Counted from the first letter of the stretch, positions 1-19,779 are shown. The stretch: DNA of 64,000 nt from Macrostomum hystrix (GCA_950097015.1 CATNEN010000041.1:3472001-3536000); one strand, 5' to 3'. Notes: a model not told the origin generated them from the letters alone. A program made the numbers and translations.

Positions 1-838
1 AAACAGACCGGACCGCCTACCTCTCTGGGCTGGTGCTTCTGTGGCTGGGCCCGGGCTGGACCGGCGGCCGTGGCCTGCCGAGCTGCGGCGGCAACTACTG
101 GCTGGTCGTGCGCCAGCGAGGCGGCTGCCAAGGGCTGGGCGCGGCTTGCCCAGAGCCCGTCCGCGAGCTGCGCGACCACCCGCGGGTCTTTAAAATCGGC
201 GGAGACCAGTGCCATACGGATGTCGGCTGGCAGTTGCTGGCGGAACAGCTCCTCGAAGAGCATGCATGGCCGATGGTCGCCTAGCAGTGCCAGCATCTCG
301 TCCATGAGTTCGGACGGGTGGCGGTCACCAAGGCCGGCCAGGTTGAGCAGCCGGCTGGCCCGCTGCTGCTGTGTCAGGCCGAAAGTGCCAAGAAGCCGGT
401 CCTTGAGCACGCCGTACTTGTTTTCCGTGGGCGGATTCTCCAGCGCGTCCAGCAGACGCTCGGCCGACTGCTGATCGAGCGCTGCTACGAGGTGGCAGTA
501 CTTGGTTTCGTCCTGCGAAATGCCTCGGAGAGTGAGTTGTGCCTCCGCCTGGATAAACCCTAACCCTAACCATGACCCAGAACGTGGGCAGCTTGAGTGC
601 TACTGCAGACTCATTCATCTCAAACTATCGGTTTGAGAGTCGGGCTCACCAATTTGGCAATTGCAGCCACGTACTCGTAATTTTTATTTGGCGGAGAAAA
701 AGATAGTGATTTATAGGCCGGCGCGTGTACATGAGCTTATGTACATAAGCACACTGCCCCGGCCCAGCGCAAGTGCTAGTCAAGGTTGGGGTGGCTGCCC
801 TAGCACCACGCAGGGCGCTGGAGAGAGCGGCCGCCACA
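1..838 (-). mobile_element. Ty3/Gypsy LTR retrotransposon 5' end (LTR, PBS, gag), antisense, upstream of the first visible Syd-1-like exon; runs off the window start
   Basis: Minus strand: putative LTR ~838-655 starts TGTGG and contains TATAAAT and AATAAA; PBS-like TGGTGAGCCCGAC at 651-639; ATG 618 gives MNESAVALKLPTFW, then after a frameshift FIQAEAQLTLRGISQDETKYCHLVAALDQ...LGDRHPSELMDEMLALLG, typical Gypsy Gag. Confidence 0.85.
556..571 (-). repeat. Short interstitial telomeric tract (TTAGGG)2+ inside gag
   Basis: AACCCTAACCCTAACC on +, lying between the Gag FW and FIQAEAQ codons. Confidence 0.85.
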
Positions 839-1070
839 AAAAGATATTTTTAAATCCACTTCTTGTTTTTTATTTCTTCTGTTTTTTCTTTTACTTCTCC
901 ATTTAAAGGGTTAAATTTAAAAGATCGAAATAAAAAACTAGAAGTCAGTACCCACTATAAAGAATAAAAAATGTAATAGTTTTTCAACCCGCAATTACCT
1001 GTTCCATGGCTACCCCATTTCCAGCTGATCTTACTTCAGCTTTTTACCCAGCCGATTCCTGACTTTGCAG

Positions 1071-4000
1071 GAGTTCCACCACCACCGCCGGAGTTCGCGC
1101 CGGTGCCAATCCCACTGGGCTTTGAAGCTGCACAAACAGGGGCAGCTTACTGGGTGGCTGCAGGCAGCCACCAAATGGACGGCTACTACACGAGCGACAC
1201 CGCCAATACCGCAGCCCGATACCCGCCAGCCTGGGAGAGGCAGAGGCAGCTTCAGCAGTTCGCCTCCGGAAGGCAGCTAAGCAGCGAGTGCTTGCCACTG
1301 CATCACAATTCGTCCTTTGACCCTGGATATCAGACCTACCCCTACTCGGCGGGATCCTCTCAGCTACTTTCATCTACAGCGTATTACCAGTCTCAGAATC
1401 ATTTGCAGCCACCACAGCAGCAGCCGCAGCAGTCACAACCGCAACAGTCGCAGCAGCTAACTCTTGCTTTGGGCAACGATTGCGCGGGTGGTGGAAGTTG
1501 CTTCCTGCGTGGCGGTAGCAGCTCTGGAGTGTGGGGATCCTGCCGGAGCCACAGGGGCCAGGCGGCCCGGTTTAGCCTGCATGAGTTTCGGCCGTGCCCA
1601 TCAGATCGCAGCGCCAGGTCACTCGGCCCTGGACACCCAGCGGGCATCGACGGCGTGCTGCGGGTTCACATCGTTGCTGGCACCGGCCTGCACGCACCGG
1701 TGGTAGCCCTACGAGACCTCTACTGCCTGCTGGAGCTGGACTCCGTTCGTATGGCGCGCTCTCTCATCCGCACCAGCACTGACTGCTTCCACTGGGACGA
1801 GCAATTCGACCTGTTTGCTTCTGGCGCCCGTGGACTTGGTTTCCTATTGTACCAGTGGGATCCCAGCAACAAGCACCGACTCTGCTTTCACGGCAGCGTC
1901 AACCTCGTCAGTCTCGCCGCTTCGTTTCGGCAGCGCTGTATCCGCTCGGAACGAATCGCCCTCGGCATGGAGCCCAAGGGCTGTTTGTACTTCGAGGTGA
2001 CCTGCTTCTCTATCGCAGAGGTCATGTGCCGCACGCAGTCTCCCCGGACGCAATCTTCTAACTTCGGCGTGCCTATCGACGTCCTAGTGCGTCGAGAAAA
2101 GTCCGGCCAGCAGGTACCACTGCTGGTGCAGAAGTGCATCGAAGAGATAGAACGGCGCGGTCTGGACATTCCTGGCATCTACCGGCTGTGCGGCTCAAAC
2201 CGAAGTAAGATGAGCCTTCGAGAGGCCTTCGAGCGACGGCCTGGCAAGGTGGACCTCTCGGCTGACAAGGTGCCCGACATTCATGCTGTCACAGGTGTGT
2301 GGAGTTAGTTATCTTTTGTGTTCCTTGTCACTTACAATTATTTTGTGGAGATTGTGGTGAAGAGCTTAGCTTTAGTAAAGTAATAAACTGAAATTCAGCC
2401 TTCTAAATTTATTTTTCTTGACGCGTTTCTGCCGACTTAGATTAGATCATTTTGTGCTCCCAGCTCTGAGAAGACAAAGGAGTCAAAGACTGACTGGCGC
2501 AGCACCGACAACCTCCTCCTCAACGAAGAAGGGTCGATTTCCAGCAATATATCTGAACTTAAAAGAAACAATTCCAGGAATTTAATGAAGTTAAAACATT
2601 TTTCGCTATGAGAGAGCAGGTTGTTCTGAGTCAGGCCGCGACGGAAATCAAAACTACTCCCCGCGAAACAGGGGGGGTGGGTGCCAACGTACATGAACTC
2701 ATCACATAGCAAGCACGCTGGGCACTAACACCGGTTTGTGCGCGCTGCAGAAACCATCTAATTTCAAACGATGTATATGTCCACAACTGAACGAAGCCGT
2801 AGAGGTTTAGTTCCGCAAAAACGCTCAGTCAGTGAAGAGCACACGTTCGATGCTGCAGCCACGGCCCATCCGGTGAGGTTGCCATCCTGAGACCTAACGG
2901 CACGTGCCATTTGGCCTGGAATTTGATTCTTCGCAAGAGCCGACCTTGTTAGCTATATGTTTTGCTTATCTAAAAATATTTCCTATCTTTCCTCCTAATT
3001 ACCATTAAAGTATAATAAGCGATTATACTATCTTTGTTTATCCATTTTACCCATCTGTTTCTCGATCAATTTCTGTACCTAAGCTCTTACTTATGAGGAA
3101 TCCGAAGGCTCTGATTCAAGGAATTCTTGACTTCTAAGCGAAAGAAGTGCTAGATGTTGTCTTTGCTCTAATTAAACTCCAGCCCCACTCTTCGATCGCA
3201 GGCATCCTGAAGGATTTTGTTCGTGAGTTGCCAGAGCCGCTGTTCACTAACGCTCTTTACCGCATGCTGCTAGACGCTTTGGCAGTGGAAATCCCTGGAG
3301 ACCCGCGCGGTGGCGCCAAGCTCATGCTCAGCATCCTGGACTGCCTGCCGCCTGTCAATCAAGTGAGTGGTACGAGTAGCCGGGGTTCAAACCGCACCAC
3401 TAGTGTTTGCTCTGTCTAAGGGAATACGAATGTTAGGATTTTCTTGGCATCGATTGAACGGTAGTGGGTCAGTTGTATGGCTTGATCTTGGATGCACTGG
3501 TAAGGATATATGCTATAAATCATGCTTAATCCTAAGCTATGTTTATTCTAAATCCTCTACAACGTCTAATGATGAATCTGGGAATAAATTAGTGAGGTTC
3601 GCGTGGATTTTTTCCGCTCTTTAATGCTGAGTTTCTTATACCAAGTTTCTCTGCCAGGAGAAAGTCACGCAGGTATATTAATGAGAATCTGTCCTTTCCA
3701 CGCACCACAGCAAATGACGCAGTAATTATTGCCGCTTAATCGAAAGCGTCACATTTAGATAGATCCCGGGAAGCACTTTTTTACAAAGGTTTTGCTTAAA
3801 AGCAACAGGAGTGCGTTGGGTGGTTGACTCTGCGGACTGCCGCAAGCTGAACAACCTCTCGAGAGGGAAATGTTAGCCGGAGAGCAGCGGAAGAGCCGGT
3901 CAGAGGCGGTCCCGCATGAGCGCCAGAGCCTCCTTTCGTGACCAGCGAGTTCGCGGGCATTCTCCTTCATATTGATGAGGCCCACAGGAGCCAGAGAGGG

Positions 4001-6035
4001 CGAGTTGAGAGGACAGCGGCATTCAACTCTATGCCATGAGATCGATACTGCGGGAAATCATTAGATGCCTGTCTGCCCTCCGTTCAGCCCCACCTCCCCA
4101 ACTTCACAACCGGGGCTTCCATCTCGCGTAGGGAATCTAAGCGTGAGGCCTGGCAAGGCGACACAGCAGAGACAGCTCTTCGGTGCAGCTAAAAAATCCT
4201 GGTGTTTCAAAGGCAGCTTTGAGGCTGTGGAGGCAGTTAAGGCACTTCAAGAAACTGAAGCAGCTGAGGGAGCTTAAGCAGCTGAGGGAGCTTAAGCAGC
4301 TGAGGGAACTGAAGCAGCTTAAGCAGCTGAGGGAGCTTAAGCAGCTGAGGGAACTGAAGCAGCTTAAGCAGCTGAGGGAGCTTAAGCAGCTGAGGGAGCT
4401 GAAGCAGCTTAAGCAGCTGAGGGAGCTTAAGCAGCTGAGGGAGCTGAAGCAGCTTAAGCAGTTGTGGGAGCTGAAGCAGCTTAAGCAGTTGAGGGAGCTG
4501 AAGCAGCTTAAGCAGTTGAGGGAGCTGAAGCAGCTTAAGCAGCTGGGGAGTTGAGAGAGCTTGAGCAGCTGAGCTTTGAATGTATTTCTTGACCGATTAA
4601 CTATTACCGAAATCGTTTTCTTTTAACATTAATTTCGTAGCCATTCAGACTTCATTTTACTGATCTTAATTCTGCAAGCAACATTTTTTTAGTCTCACTA
4701 CTTCTATTAAATAAGTACGTGGCTAAAGTGTTGTACAAATTTTTCCTATTGAATGCCGAGAGCAGAATCGAATAATTATGCGATATTTGTTTTGCTAACT
4801 CGATTCCCATGCCATAAACATCTTTCCGTCCCATTTTGATGGACTGAGTTCACACCTCGATTCCGAGACTGTCAAGGGGCTCGGATAATTAAATACCAGT
4901 CCTTCTGCGCCCGCCAATTTGCTCCAAGAAACCCTCAGTGGTAACAGCTGGCCTTCGATTTGCATTTTCGGCCTTGAAATTTGCATTTGCATTATTGGGT
5001 TACCACTGGCAACCGCCTGGCATTTGCATTTCTATTCCCCTGCCATTGAGCGTGTTCCCAAGTGTGAAATTGTGTGAGTGAAATGATGACCCGTCTCGAG
5101 GCTGCTGAGAGAGAAGCAATGTAGCAGCCCATCACCGAGAAAAAGTTAGATGATCATATTTAGCGACGTAACAGTGGTTGCAGCAGACTTCTAATCACTG
5201 CAAAGCTCAAAGTCCATTAGAGTTCTCGTCAATATGTGATAGCGGATTCGTAGAGTCGCAGCCACATGTTCAGTGATAACGAAACTTCTTTTTACTGGCT
5301 ACTGTACACATAAACCAATGACCCACTCGACACAGGAGACCCTTGTAGCAATTCTCGACCACCTAAAGCGGGTGGCGCTGCGATCAGACGCGAACAAGAT
5401 GACGTTGGATCAGCTGGCAGCCTGCTTGGGCCCACTGCTGCTCTTCCCGTCCCCTGACTCGGCTCGATTAATGGAAGCCAGCTTTCTACAGCTGAGCAGA
5501 ATGTCGCACGTGCTGCAGTACATCCTGGACATTTGGGTGCAGAGCGACAGTAAGTTACTTCTTACATCTCTTTCGAAACATTTACTGTACACCATGGGGC
5601 GTTTCAGTATCCTGAAATTTCATCATTCGATTCACTTGCGGGTGTAATTAGTTGGCTGCGCCTCACCCGATTAGCATAGTTCTGTGCTCTGTTTTACGTT
5701 CTCTATATCCTTTTGGTCTGAGTTATATTTTCTGTGGCCTCAACTGCAAGCATCTATTTGAGTTTCAGCCTCAATTTCAGCCTAATCTGCGCTTGGCTAT
5801 TTTTGCTTGCCACCAAAGTGGAAGCACAACCAAGTCGAGTATAGCAACTTCGAAGCTAATGTCATTTCTCGCATCGCCCTCAGCCCCACCGCAGCCTAGA
5901 CGAGGGTCGGGTGCCAGCCGTAGGTCTAACAGTTCTGCAGTGGCTGTTTCCGCCCACCGGAGGGCTCGCTCTGCTGGATCCCGTTCTCATAGCAACGATC
6001 GACGCAGTTACCATGGCGACACGGATCGAGTTTAG
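1071..6035 (+). CDS. Syd-1: Syd-1/RhoGAP100F/SYDE-like C2 + RhoGAP protein, 5'-incomplete; exons 1071-2294, 3202-3362, 5336-5549, 5884-6035
   Basis: C2 (GVLRVHIVAGTGL...RDLYCLLELD...FHWDEQFDL) followed by RhoGAP (FGVP...VPLLVQKCIEEIERRGLDIPGIYRLCGS...ILKDFVRELPEPLFT...NKMTLDQLAACLGPLL) with the arginine finger intact. All junctions are GT-AG and phase-consistent; the first visible exon starts in phase 1, so upstream exons are outside the window. Confidence 0.88.
4255..4575. repeat. Intronic minisatellite built from 9-bp modules
   Basis: Alternating AAGCAGCTG/AAGCAGCTT and AGGGAGCTT/AGGGAACTG modules; produces the spurious LKQLRE ORF. Confidence 0.9.
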
Positions 6036-7310
6036 CCGCCTGTCAGACGAAACATCATGCTAATCCCATTGCTTATCTTACGCATAATCCGCTGCCTGAT
6101 TGGCATATAGTATTTTATTCCTGGATAATCACTGCACCTGAGACCTACTATTCCTCTTGCAACATTGTCCTTTATATTCCCTAGAACAGGCCGACTGCCA
6201 AAGGCATCTCCTACCTACAGCGCTATCATAGCCCCTTACATATGCCTGCACGAATTTTTTTATGAACTGAGAAATTCACTAGCTCGTGGTGTCATTTACT
6301 CTTCTGTTGAATTAGATAGATAAAGTTTATTAGCTTATAATTTTTAAAGCTATAAATAACAAGCTTTTATTAGACCTATTTAATTAGGTGGCGTTTCATA
6401 TCGTATCCAATTCTCCGTGAAAATGCGCTGAAAACTTTAAAGCGCGCAGGAACATCTGTCTTCATTCTTCTTGGTTCTGTGCACTCAAATAGAACGAACC
6501 AGTCAAGTCACCTAACAGCAAGTATGATTTACTCACTTTCAAGTTTCGAACTTACGAATGTGTGGAATAACGGCTGGAATCGAGTGCCATTTTTCTGCTT
6601 CGGCAAATCGTCCTAAAATGAGAACGTGCTTTTATGAGCTTGGACGGAGAATACCATGCGAATTGTGTCTCGAGGGTAACTAGAGTAGACAGGTAAATAT
6701 AAATATGTGTTGTTTTAACTAGGAGCCATCTTTGATGTATTGGAACATAAAATATCATTAAATAAGTAGATACCACATGCAGCTCCCTTGTCGTATCTCA
6801 AAAGTTTACTGCGGACAAATAATTGACCCATAGGAAGCTATTTCTGCGTTCTTCTCTGTGCTGCTGGCCCAGCTCTTGCGCCAAAGATATGTGAAGAATA
6901 ACGAGCAGATTTTTTCAGATTTCATTTTTCCTTTTTCATCGCAAATCCACCTCGCTCTAGTTATTTTTATGTCAAGTGCCCCCCAACACGTCATTTTAGT
7001 CTACGTGCAGTCTCGGATGCACCCGTCATTCATGATTCCACGCTTGCGCACCCCCTGCCGCGTAGCCTCTTTTATGGAATTGTATTCACTGTGACTGAAC
7101 ACCCTGCCTAGCAAATAGCTCATGTGTTATCTCCAATATTTTCTATAGTGAGCAGAGAAAGTGCTTAAGCAAATAAAAAAAGCATTTTGCCTTAGACAAT
7201 TTGTTGTTTGCACAATGGCTCAGCTAGACGAATCAAGCATGTAGAGAAACTTATTACTTTTTAATTTACTAAAATTTGTCGAATCAAATGACATTCGTGA
7301 CATTTTGTTC

Positions 7311-7390
7311 TACTGCACTGTACTGTACTACTGTACTGTACTGTACTGTACTGTACTGTACTGTACTGTACTACTGTACTGTACTACTAC
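7311..7390. repeat. (TACTG)n microsatellite
   Basis: Direct reading of the sequence. Confidence 0.95.
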
Positions 7391-8119
7391 TAATTCTGCA
7401 GGCTCAGAGTGAGTGCATGCTTAGAAGTCCTGCTTGGGGGCACAAGAAAATGTTCGATCAAGCGTCTCTTATCCCAGATAAAAACAAGAATTCATTGTGC
7501 TTTAACAGTTAACAGTTTGTTGTTTAAGAGTTCAAGAAATGTGCATCGTAAGCATTCAACGCGTCATGCTGTTTAAAGAATGGAAGAATTTAAGTTACAA
7601 TGAAAGGCGTTCAAGCAAACGTATAATCGTAAGTTGATAAGATGCATTTTTGTGATTTAACTTTTCATAGTAAAAATTATAACAGTTTGGTTCGCATGTA
7701 TGTAGACAGCGCTTCTGCAAATAAGAAGGGCCGGAAAGTGTTTGAGAAGTAAGAATAAGTTCAGAGTTAATCTAGCTAAGGTAGTGAATGTCTTAGCTAG
7801 ACAGTTAAGCCAGTTAAGTTAAGTTAAGTTAAGACAGTTAAGACAGTTACAGCTAAATGGCTGTAGCTAAAAATTACAGGTAAAAATTGACTTTTCATAG
7901 CGACTTGGGCTGGTGGCTCAAAGACGGGTGGTCGCGCGAGTACATTTTGCCATGAAAAAATACTATGGTGAAAGTTACACAAAAAGCAATTATCTAGTTT
8001 AGTCAAGCCAATCATAACAACGAGTATAAAAAATCCTTCTCCAATGAAGCCGGTGATGCTGCACAGGGCCTGGTTCTGCACTGCATGCAGGCGTGGTCAG
8101 CCAGGACGACCGGGGCTCA

Positions 8120-8315
8120 CGCACTGGCCGTAAATTCGCTCTGTAGTGTCTAGAAGCGTCTCCTTGTTGCTGCTCCATGACTAGTAGGTTCCCTCCAGGG
8201 CGAGGAGAACTTTTAAGCGGGACGTTAACTTTTCTACTGCGAGCTGTGCGTGCTTATTAAAGGTCGAATTCGGGTCCAGTGTAGCACCCAGGATCTGGGG
8301 TTGTTGCGAGTGCCG
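8120..8315 (-). mobile_element. Non-LTR retrotransposon RT C-terminal fragment (I/Ingi/Nimb-like)
   Basis: QQPQILGATLDPNSTFNKHAQLAVEKLTSRLKVLLALEGT resembles the post-RT segment of the LINE at 55607-59413 (HPKMLGVYLDSQLTFRHH...). Confidence 0.6.
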
Positions 8316-8384
8316 GAATTGCCGGGCCGTGAATCTGAACCGCTCGCTACGTATAAATAGAATTAACGCTTGCTCCGGCGTGAC

Positions 8385-8810
8385 GAACGAAACACACTTT
8401 AGTGGTGTATTTGTCCTCTCCGAATACAGAGAAATGCGACAGGTACCATTCGGTTTCTTACAACTCGCTGCTGTCGATGAACTTCCGGAAAATGCTTTTT
8501 TTCCTTCTAACACTTCTTGATACGCCTGTTGCGATGCTTAACTCTTCGGCAGTCAGTTCTCGGTACAAGAGCAGTCGCTATGCAGTCTCACATTTTTTCG
8601 GCAGGGAATGATCTGCGGACTTCCACGGTATCGCTACCTGATATCTTCCGTCTACTACTATCGACATTGAGCTTTTAACTGCGTCCAGAGCCCGCTGCTC
8701 ATCCGCCGTTAGCGCTTCTCTGTAGCTGTTAAGAATGGCCGCATCAGGGACATACTCGATCGCCCACAGCTTTTGAATTTGGCTATCAACCGTCTTGAGG
8801 GATTGCTGCC
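8385..8810 (-). mobile_element. Degenerate BEL/Pao pol fragment (region before RT)
   Basis: QIQKLWAIE...DEQRALDAVKSSMSIVDGRYQVAIPWK...WYLSHFSV...DKYTTKV, with stops and frameshifts. Confidence 0.7.
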
Positions 8811-9374
8811 AGCGAGAGCAGCCTAGATAGTAACTTTTAGGTCTGCTCAGTACATGACCTTGACACCGACCGAGAATCTCGCTGTATGAGAGGTAACCGA
8901 TAGTAGTTGGATTTGTCTGGCCTTCGCCGAAACAGAAGACAACAAGTGCTTTCCTATCTCAGGGTACGTGTGGGATAGGCAAGTTAGGAAAATTTTACTA
9001 TCTGTGTTCAAGTTCAATCGTGATCATCACCGCTCACCTTGACCTTGCGTGAGGGCTGCGGTTTGCTCTGGGCTCGCACTTGAACAAACCGGCTTTCATG
9101 CCAAAGCACGTTTGTTCCAATCCTCCGCCGCGTGCGTGCCCTCACCTGTTTCGCTTAGGTGTGCACCCAACCCTCCGCCGGCGGGAGGGTATTTTAGCCT
9201 GGCCAATCTATGCACGCAATGTTTTTCGCCCAGACTCTACGCCAATTCTAAGACAATAGATGCCCAGCAAGCTGAGGAAGTCCGTGAATGGTGTGGAAGC
9301 AGGTCAGGCTCTAGTGTCATCGTGCAGCGGCAGTTGAGGTCAATCCTCGAAAACAATTCTTACAGTTGGTAATC

Positions 9375-10052
9375 CCGAGGTAACTTTGTCAGCGAATGTG
9401 TAGGCAGTGGCACCGAGTCTGTGACAATTGCCTTATTGACGCTTCGAAGGTGGACACAGAGACGAGAGCTTCCCATCAGACTACCTGGCACAGGTGAAAC
9501 TCGAATGCAAGTCAGGAACGTCGCCGTCAACCCACTCGACGATGCTTTCCTCCTCCCAGCGCTGGATCTCCACGGCACACCCTTGGCGCAGGGCGAGCGG
9601 CAGCCGGCTCATCAGCTGGGCCACCGGCGGCACGGTCGTGTCCACTCTTGGGCGGTGGCAGAACCCCTTGATCTCGAAGAGACCGGTGCCTAAAAAGTAC
9701 GTGGTACTTGGCCGCAATCCAAAATCGCATTTGTGGTATACCTGAAGTCTCGTTACCGGAACTAATACGTGAAGATTGGATGTCCGGAAGGTCTGGGGAC
9801 CTTGCAGTCGAACTTGTCCATAAATTTAATGTCCATCAGGTCGTCGCCATCACAACTGTGACGGTGAACGTTGGAAGCAGAACGCCGTCGAACAAGACCT
9901 GGATGTCGATCTCGCCGGCGACGGTGATGGCTGGAGCTAGATGAAGGACAGCTGCTTCTTCTCTGACGGGCGCAGAGGAATCCTAGATCCAAAGATTATA
10001 CGGCACTTATCTGCATGCTGAGGATGGAGACCTTGGCGGCTGTGCGTGTTCG
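9375..10052 (-). mobile_element. Degenerate Gypsy protease-to-RT fragment, same family as the element at 59901-64000
   Basis: EIKGFCHRPRVDTTVPPVAQLMSRLPLALRQ vs EIKGFCHRPRVDPTVPPVAQRMRRLPLALRQ; the nucleotides align by eye to ~62625-63290. Confidence 0.85.
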
Positions 10053-11069
10053 CCAAATTCGTGCTGTTGCTTTTCTGCTTTATGTGCTTTGGGTGTAATC
10101 ATCATCATATTTTTATGTCAATCTATTTTTGTGTATCCGCGAGCCTTCATCCAGTGCTTGTCTATTTTGTATTAAATATTAAATAAACTTTTGAAATTAT
10201 CCAATCTATAGTGAACACGGAATTCTGGGTGTCAGGAGTCAACTACTTATTTAGAGAGAGAGAAGTGCTAACCTTTTGTGTTATCAATTGATTCAATGCT
10301 TTCTTGGGAATCTCGGTAATCCGGGGAAATTTGGGAACACCACATTACCCTCGCATCATCACTTACACTAACACAATTGATCTCAGCCGCTGCTAGATTT
10401 ACTAATGAAACGTTTGGTAGAACACCGACCCGGTGATTGGCAATAGCGGCCCTTGGTTTAAAAAGTTTTCGCGCTACGAATAGGTTTTCTAGAGAATATT
10501 TGTCAAATTGTATACTTATGTTATAGAATAGTTAAAAATTCACTGAAATCTCGCACCAATGTTTTGCTTGTTATGTGAATGAAGTTATTGCTTCAAGTAA
10601 ATAGCGAATATGAGTTTCAACTGTGTAGCATACATTCCGGCATACAATATTTAAAATAAAGTAAACGCAAGCTACTTTATTTTGCGTCAAACGGTTGACG
10701 CAAGCCTGCCTCATAAATTGTTTAAACAAGTAAAAAATGTATAGGCCTATACTACGAAAACAAAATAAAAATTACAACATTAAACTAACAACAAAAAAGG
10801 AAAAAAAACATTTTGATAACAATTGAATCAAAACGTATCAAGAGGCCTTTGTATGGTGTGTTGTGTATCTGTGTAATTGGAGAAAAACTGTGTAACTGCT
10901 ATAAACACCGGCCGGCTTCAACTAACTTAAATGCTTAAACCTGCATTAAATCATAGAAAATAATTTTTCAGTTTGAGTATCAATACTTGTTTGCTGCTTT
11001 TGAAAAATCAAATAATATTTATTAAAGTTTTTGCGTGTTGCAAACCTATAACTTAGAGCGTAGCAAAAC

Positions 11070-17181
<6,112 letters not shown>

Positions 17182-18349
17182 TGCGAAGATTTAGCCTGAT
17201 TGATTGATGGGGACAGCATCGTTCTGCACGGGTGCTTAAACTTCAGACTGTACGATCAAATAGTACGACCAATAAGATCAATAGTGAGCTTCATTATAGA
17301 GCTGCTTGAATAGCTGCTTGAAACTCGTCTGTAACTGTCCTGTGCCACTGATAAAACAATGGGGTGTCATTTAAAATCGGTTGAGCTCTGTATTGCTGTA
17401 CCGTATTGTATTTGTACTTTTGGTATTGGTTGCCTTAAAAGTTATTCCGCTGCAAGCACACGGCTTTTTGCATAGGTCCATTTTGCTCTTTGGTGATTTG
17501 ATTATTTGTGTTTTTTAGGTACCGGGTTGCAGGTTTGTTTTTTTGTTATAAGGCCCATGTTGTCTTCCTTTCTAATATATCTCGTCGATTCGCCCTCTTT
17601 TCTTGACCGTAAGCTTTTTCCCACTGTACATCCGTTTCAGTGAGTTTGCCAAGCTGATGTCACTTATGGCCCAGGCTAAGGTGTCCGCATTCCTTAGTTG
17701 CTTTAATGCTATGTTTCCATTTTTATCAGTTTTGTTGCCAAAAGATGCTATTGTTCATAGTTTATGTGGTTCACGGCTGACCTGCCTGCGTTTGCTGTTT
17801 TTTAGCCGTAACTTATTACTCCATGACTGGCTCTCAAAATAATCCTCATGCAAAATAGCGGATCTACTTGAAGTAGGAGTCCGTTAATCTGAGTTTTCTT
17901 GTGAAAATTTAAATAAAAAATTCTTGATTAGCTTTTCTATGAAACAGCTCTTAACATGATAAAAAATAAAGCACGCTCGTTTTCTAACAGCCCTGTATGC
18001 CTTTCATGGCATACAAGACATGGAAAAACATGCTGTATAGCGCTTTCTTTTGTTATTACGTTTTTGCTCGCCATAACACCTTTACCAAACAAAATTTACT
18101 GACTGGCTATCCCCATAGCAGATATATAAAGTATATCCGAGCGAATGCAGCGAAGAGGTGGATGGAACCGCCCATTTCGCTAGAAACTGACAACCAGACG
18201 ATCTGTGAGGTGGTGTTGCTCAGGGGATTAGGGGCGCTCCGCACAAGCAGTGGGGAGGAAATTGGCTTTCCCGGTGTCTACGATGTACCGGGAAAGCAGC
18301 GGGATGCTCTCGTGCCTGTAAACGTCAGAGAGCGTTGGGTTTGACCCAA

Positions 18350-18915
18350 AATGTTCCAGTCGTCCCTCGCAAAGACTCTTAAAGCCCTCCTAAAGCTTAA
18401 TCGAAGATAACTCGGTGATTAGTATGGTCCTTTTTGGGCACGGCTGTTTCACACGCCACCGCTTCCTCAGTACCCACAGCGTTCCTCATCTGAGCTGGAT
18501 TGCCTGGGCTTTCTTAGCTTATGTGTTGATACGGGGCGTGCACTTAAGCCTGCGGTCTAGGATAATCGGACCCGATATCCCGCCATAAGAGTGAGGCATG
18601 ATTTTTCATAGCAGCTTTTGGGTAAACTTTGCGGATTTAGACTCAGCCCGCATTGGTCCGCACAGCGCTCCGCTTTGTTGATGAAGCCTGTAGAATGTCC
18701 CTGGTGGTAACCACCGAGGGAATCGCGCGAATCGCGGTCATATCGATAGCGTAGCCCTACCTTTAGGATGGCCTCTAAGGCTCTACTGAAGGCTTCGAAC
18801 TATACATTGTCCAAGGCACCCTCGATGTCCAGGAAGACCAAAGAGCGTGTTAGACGGAGCCCAACACGCCCGTTCCAGTGCCTCCAGGATGACTTGAAGC
18901 GCTCTCTCAGTTAAA
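18350..18915 (-). mobile_element. Heavily deleted non-LTR RT remnant (R1/LOA-like)
   Basis: FRTGRLTERALQVILEALE...VFLDIEGALDNV, then CGLSLNP and ILDRRL-like segments, with many lesions. Confidence 0.6.
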
Positions 18916-19779
18916 CGTCCCGTCCTGAAAGACTACCGGTGAAGACTAAAGAAGCAAGCATTACAAATGCCTCAACAGACATTGAGCAAACTTTGAGCGA
19001 GAGTATGAGACAACTGGAGACGAAAAGCAAGACCTCTATAAAAACTCATTCATTTATATAGCCCGTACTAGCTTTAAAAAAGTTTACTTACTTGTGACGT
19101 TGTCACTGTCACTGTGAATTGTACTTTGCGAATTCCTAATTATGTAATAACTTGGGCCGTTTAAATAATGTCTTTTTGCTACCTTGAATCTATCCAGTTC
19201 ATATAATTAATTATTATTCTGTGCGCGCTACTGTAAGTAGACGTGGATGCACACCGTGCTGCCCCAGATAATTTGCGCGATCTTATCAATGTTATTTTCT
19301 CTCAGCCAATGAGCGTGCGAGCTCTCTGTTTTTTCAATTATCGATTGTCTCGTTTTTTCGCTTTTCTAGCTTACTTAACAAGGGCACCTGCGCCAGCCCG
19401 CGCTCACCTTCGCGTTACTTTCTTCTCTTGGCCCCCTGGTCCTGCCGTGTCCTGCCTTGCCCTGCCTTGTCTGCCTGTGCCTGGGTCTGCCTTGGACTCC
19501 TTGTACTTCTCTATAGGCTTCTCTATACTTGGCTTGACTAGACTTCTTCTCGTCTCGTCCACTTGTTCGCCTGTCCACTGACTATTACTTACTTACTATC
19601 ACTTACCGTTACTACTATTGAGCTCCTACGCCTTACTTTCCTCTCTGCTTGTCGTACGTCCCAGTGCACCCAGATAATAAAGTGCTACCGCTACATAGAA
19701 CTGACTTTAGACTGCCGTGAACTAAAATTGTCGCCGCCACTGACTTCGGTCTTCGTCCTTTTAATCGTCACATACTCAT

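Noticed and set aside
4183-4554. Coiled-coil-like LKQLRE ORF
   Set aside because: It is an intronic 9-bp-module repeat and does not fit the RhoGAP exon phases.
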